This document shows, in pieces, positions 21,790 through 24,000 of a DNA stretch of 24,000 nt. How positions within the stretch are numbered: position 1 is the stretch's first letter; the number at the start of each line of letters is the position of its first letter. The position numbers were made by a program, and so were the translations under genes. The notes below the pieces were generated by a model. The model had not been told where the DNA came from, searched no databases, and saw only the letters and a list, made by a program, of their open reading frames with translations. Origin of the DNA: Pseudomonas phage pf16; sequence record KU873925.1. One strand, written 5' to 3'.

Positions 21790-21982
21790 GTGCAGTGGTG
21801 CGCTTCTACGCCAAAGGGAAGTTCAGCCTTACCGTCTCCGGGGTGCCTCTCTACTATCCGCAACAGTGTGCTAACCGTGCTGCCTTACCTACCATGGTGG
21901 TAGATAGGTTATAGTCACATGCTCTGTTACTTCGTCCCACTCTTTAAAGGATGGCTGCTTCTAAGCCTACCTTCCACTGCAC
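21790..21982 (-). ncRNA. structured RNA containing a 23S rRNA GTPase-associated-centre-like module
   Basis: GTGCAGTGG (21974..21982) pairs perfectly with CCACTGCAC (21790..21798); encloses GGCTTAGAAGCAGCCATCCTTTAAAGAGTG (21938..21967), near-identical to bacterial 23S H43/H44. No spacer ORF of note on the minus strand. Confidence 0.8.
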
Positions 21983-22028
21983 TTACAAGGTTGACCGGGA
22001 CAGAGTTCACTGTCTCTTCAGTCGAAAT

Positions 22029-22104
22029 TGGCTCCCACTCCTGGACTCGAACCAGGGACCACACGGTTAACAGCCGTGCGCTCTACCAACTGAGCTAAGT
22101 GGGA
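22029..22104 (-). tRNA. tRNA-Asn(GUU), 3' CCA encoded
   Basis: TCCCACT/AGTGGGA, CACGG-CTGTTAA-CCGTG, T-arm CCTGG-TTCGAGT-CCAGG. Confidence 0.96.
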
Positions 22105-22110
22105 ACAAAC

Positions 22111-22189
22111 TGGTTGCGAGAGCAGGATTTGAACCTGCGATCTCCGGGTTATGAGCCCAGCGAGGACGACCAAGCTCCTCTATCTCGCT
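22111..22189 (-). tRNA. tRNA-Met(CAU), initiator-type (tRNA-fMet-like)
   Basis: Anticodon arm CTGGG-CTCATAA-CCCGG with three G:C pairs, A.A mismatch at 1:72, A11:U24-type D-stem pair, TTCAAAT T-loop, ACCA end. Confidence 0.88.
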
Positions 22190-22294
22190 ACAACAGGGTG
22201 AAGCATGCTGTCTCGAACAGCCTAGTGCACCAACTGCGTCAAATTCGAACGGTTGCCCGTTTGCCCTATTCTGCCGCCTTGCTTGCTTCGTAAT
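22190..22294 (-). ncRNA. candidate structured spacer RNA between tRNA-Tyr and tRNA-Met
   Basis: GAAGCAAGC pairs with GCATGCTTC (8 of 9 bp); inside AACGG-GCAA-CCGTT (GNRA tetraloop) and GCTGT-TCGAG-ACAGC. Confidence 0.5.
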
Positions 22295-22381
22295 TGGTGG
22301 GCGCTCCAGGATTCGAACCTGGGATGTATCGTTGTACGGGGTTACAGCCCGCCGTCTTCGACCACTCGACTTCAAACGCCC
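22295..22381 (-). tRNA. tRNA-Tyr(GUA), 3' CCA encoded
   Basis: GGGCG.../CGCCC, anticodon loop CTGTAAC, long variable arm, T-arm CCAGG-TTCGAAT-CCTGG. Confidence 0.92.
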
Positions 22382-22487
22382 TGAACTTTGTTTCTGTACG
22401 TTTATTTAGTGTAGTCTAATTTCTAATGAGGTGGTTCTACAACAAATTTTTAAACTCTTTTGTTATAAAACCACCATCATCTACTTA

Positions 22488-22655
22488 TCAAGCCTGGTCG
22501 TATTCGTCCTGGGCTCGACGAGCTTCTTCATCGTCGAAGTCATCGCCAGGTTCACACGCCATGTCGCCTTTGCGAACCATCTCTTCTGCAACACGTTCGA
22601 ACGGGTCGATAGAGCGAGTTGGTTCGTAGTCAGGGTTTGCAAAACGGCTACGCAT
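22488..22655 (-). CDS. small acidic protein, 55 aa (not in supplied track)
   Basis: MRSRFANPDYEPTRSIDPFERVAEEMVRKGDMACEPGDDFDDEEARRAQDEYDQA* with GTAGGAG upstream. Confidence 0.7.
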   Translation of the reverse strand: MRSRFANPDYEPTRSIDPFERVAEEMVRKGDMACEPGDDFDDEEARRAQDEYDQA

Positions 22656-22664
22656 GGCGAGCTC

Positions 22665-23078
22665 CTACTTAGCGAAGTGGTTCTTCAACAGTGCCGAAGT
22701 GGTCTTGCCATCGTACTGACCGGCGACGTTGGCCTTCAGCCACTTCATGGCATCTGCCATGTTAGTGATGCCGTTCTGCTGGATGCGCATGATGATCTGA
22801 TCATCGGTCAGCTGCTTGGGCGCATAGTTGTTCAGCATCGACCCGAGGAAGAAGCTTTCTTTCTCCAGCTTTTCAGTAGGAGCCAGCTTCAGGCACTCAT
22901 CAACGCCAGCCTTCATCTTGCGGATGATCTGGATGACAGTTGCGTCATCAACAGCCTTGCCCAGGCGTTCACACTCACCGATAACCAGGGTCATCAGATC
23001 GTAGGCGGTCTTCAGGTGGCCGTCTTTGCGCAGGCGCGCAGTTTCACGCGACTGTTTGATCTCTTCAAGCAGCGACAT
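22665..23078 (-). CDS. YqeY/GatB-like domain protein
   Basis: MSLLEEIKQSRETARLRKD...LTLVIGE...KQLTDDQIIMRIQQN...NMADAMKWLKANVAGQYDGKTTSALLKNHF resembles the YqeY family. Confidence 0.8.
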   Translation of the reverse strand: MSLLEEIKQSRETARLRKDGHLKTAYDLMTLVIGECERLGKAVDDATVIQIIRKMKAGVDECLKLAPTEKLEKESFFLGSMLNNYAPKQLTDDQIIMRIQQNGITNMADAMKWLKANVAGQYDGKTTSALLKNHFAK

Positions 23079-23256
23079 CTACCACCTCCACTAAACGAGT
23101 TTCGATGACACGGGCTTCAGGGAACTCCGCAGAAGCCTTCAGCGCTGCATAGGTGTAGCTGTGGGCAGCGGTAGGTCCTGCTTCAACGTCGACAGTGACA
23201 GCGAAGTTGAACTTCTTGCCGTTGACTTGGTCTTCCATCAGTACACGATATTGCAT
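23065..23256 (-). CDS. hypothetical protein, 63 aa (start MQYRVLMEDQVNG)
   Basis: Co-oriented ORF with GAGGTG upstream. Confidence 0.65.
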   Translation of the reverse strand: MQYRVLMEDQVNGKKFNFAVTVDVEAGPTAAHSYTYAALKASAEFPEARVIETRLVEVVDVAA

Positions 23257-23284
23257 TTCACACCTCACAGGATTTTGAATGGGT

Positions 23285-23467
23285 TTACTTGCAGGTCGCA
23301 ACCTTGCCTTCAGGGGTGTACTTCACAGTCACGCCCGAAGTGAACTGCAGGTAGGTGACGCCATCAACGCAGGACTCGGCTTTGCCAGTCCAGGCAGCGA
23401 CGGAACGGTCAAAGGCACCGCAGCCCGCCAGGGACAGTACAGCTACCAGCATGAGAATCTTTTTCAT
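23285..23467 (-). CDS. small predicted lipoprotein, 60 aa
   Basis: MKKILMLVAVLSLAGCGAF lipobox; AAGGAG upstream. Confidence 0.8.
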   Translation of the reverse strand: MKKILMLVAVLSLAGCGAFDRSVAAWTGKAESCVDGVTYLQFTSGVTVKYTPEGKVATCK

Positions 23468-23847
23468 CAGTTTGCTCCTTTGGTCCAGTTGCAGGGACCG
23501 CACATGGTTTGGGTGTTGTCAATGTGATCGGCGCCGCCTTTCGAGCGAGGCTGGATGTGGTCGTGAGTGAACAGGACCTCATCACCGTCGGCGTCCACAC
23601 CGTACATATTGATGTGGTATGGGCCTTCTTTTAAGTGAACCTGGCGCTCGATGGCGAAGTGAGTAGCCTTCAAGCCACACGCCGCACAAACTTGACCCTT
23701 CTCCTTGAAGGTGCGCATCCGAAGGCTTTCAGCCCTGACCATTTGCCCACCGATGAGCCTGCGCTCACGGAACGGGATGCTTGGCAGAACCTCTTCAAGA
23801 GGAACAATGGATGCGCGGTTGTAGTTCGATTGGCGTGCGTCTTTCAT
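23467..23847 (-). CDS. HNH endonuclease
   Basis: CAACGLKATHFAIERQ...FTHDHIQPRSKGGADHIDNTQTMCGPCNWTKG: CxxC...HDHI.P...GG...N...CxxCN. Confidence 0.92.
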   Translation of the reverse strand: MKDARQSNYNRASIVPLEEVLPSIPFRERRLIGGQMVRAESLRMRTFKEKGQVCAACGLKATHFAIERQVHLKEGPYHINMYGVDADGDEVLFTHDHIQPRSKGGADHIDNTQTMCGPCNWTKGAN

Positions 23848-23879
23848 AGTGTACTTACCTCGTCACAAGTGCTTGATGG

Positions 23880-24000
23880 TTACTGCGCGAACGGGCTTTG
23901 GCCAGGATACTCTTCGTCCAGGTCTTCCGGCTCATCAGCGTCCGAATGCTCGACTTGAGGTTCTTCGCCCTGGTTCTGGTTGTGCGACTTGAGCATGATC
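23880..24000 (-). CDS. acidic protein, truncated by window edge
   Basis: ...MLKSHNQNQGEEPQVEHSDADEPEDLDEEYPGQSPFAQ* minus strand. Confidence 0.5.
   Translation of the reverse strand, partial: IMLKSHNQNQGEEPQVEHSDADEPEDLDEEYPGQSPFAQ

Noticed and set aside
21923-21938. Exact H44 of the GTPase-associated centre
   Set aside because: GAGUG and GUAACAG resemble H44 but an insertion (GGACGAA) and divergent 3' strand prevent a confident full H44 alignment; only H43 and the junction are claimed strongly.
22205-22219. 23S A-loop (H92) mimic based on GGCTGTTCG
   Set aside because: Only a 9-nt match and the following sequence diverges; likely coincidence.
22067-22375. 102-aa ORF across tRNA genes (and 22099..22293 +)
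   Set aside because: Runs through tRNA-Asn, tRNA-Met and tRNA-Tyr; coding calls across tRNAs are artefacts.
22431-23108. 225-aa plus-strand ORF
   Set aside because: Antisense to the YqeY-like gene and the small acidic ORF, which have SDs and recognisable sequence.
1-24000. CRISPR array or transposon
   Set aside because: No regularly spaced direct repeats and no transposase or integrase-like ORF seen.

Overview
The window is almost entirely coded on the minus strand and reads as part of a large tailed-phage genome (accessory/early region plus a tRNA island), probably infecting a Gram-negative host because four lipoprotein-type ORFs and a spanin-like pair are present. Recognisable proteins: ArdB/KlcA-type antirestriction protein, RtcB RNA ligase, rIIA-like and rIIB-like proteins, an acyl-carrier-protein domain with a C-terminal extension, a NADAR/YbiA-like protein, a YqeY-like protein, an HNH endonuclease, a Big2 Ig-like protein, and a 665-aa protein with a DUF2135/YfaP-like segment. 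Eight tRNAs are readable as cloverleaves: Ser-UGA, Trp-CCA, Thr-UGU, Lys-UUU, Pro-UGG, Asn-GUU, an initiator-type Met-CAU, and Tyr-GUA. One further copy is degenerate. The most interesting signal is in the non-coding spacers between the tRNAs. The spacer 21779..22028 contains on the minus strand GGCTTAGAAGCAGCCATCCTTTAAAGAGTG, a near-exact copy of the bacterial 23S rRNA GTPase-associated centre (H43/H44, L11/thiostrepton-binding region). It differs from the E. coli sequence with a compensatory base-pair change, and it is enclosed by a perfect 9-bp long-range stem. Neighbouring spacers (21516..21618, 21423..21508, 22190..22294, 19571..19711) also carry strong long-range stems, a possible pseudoknot, a GNRA hairpin and repeated orphan T-arm-like motifs. 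Together they suggest a family of phage-encoded structured RNAs including an rRNA mimic. All similarity statements come from recall of family sequences; no search was run.
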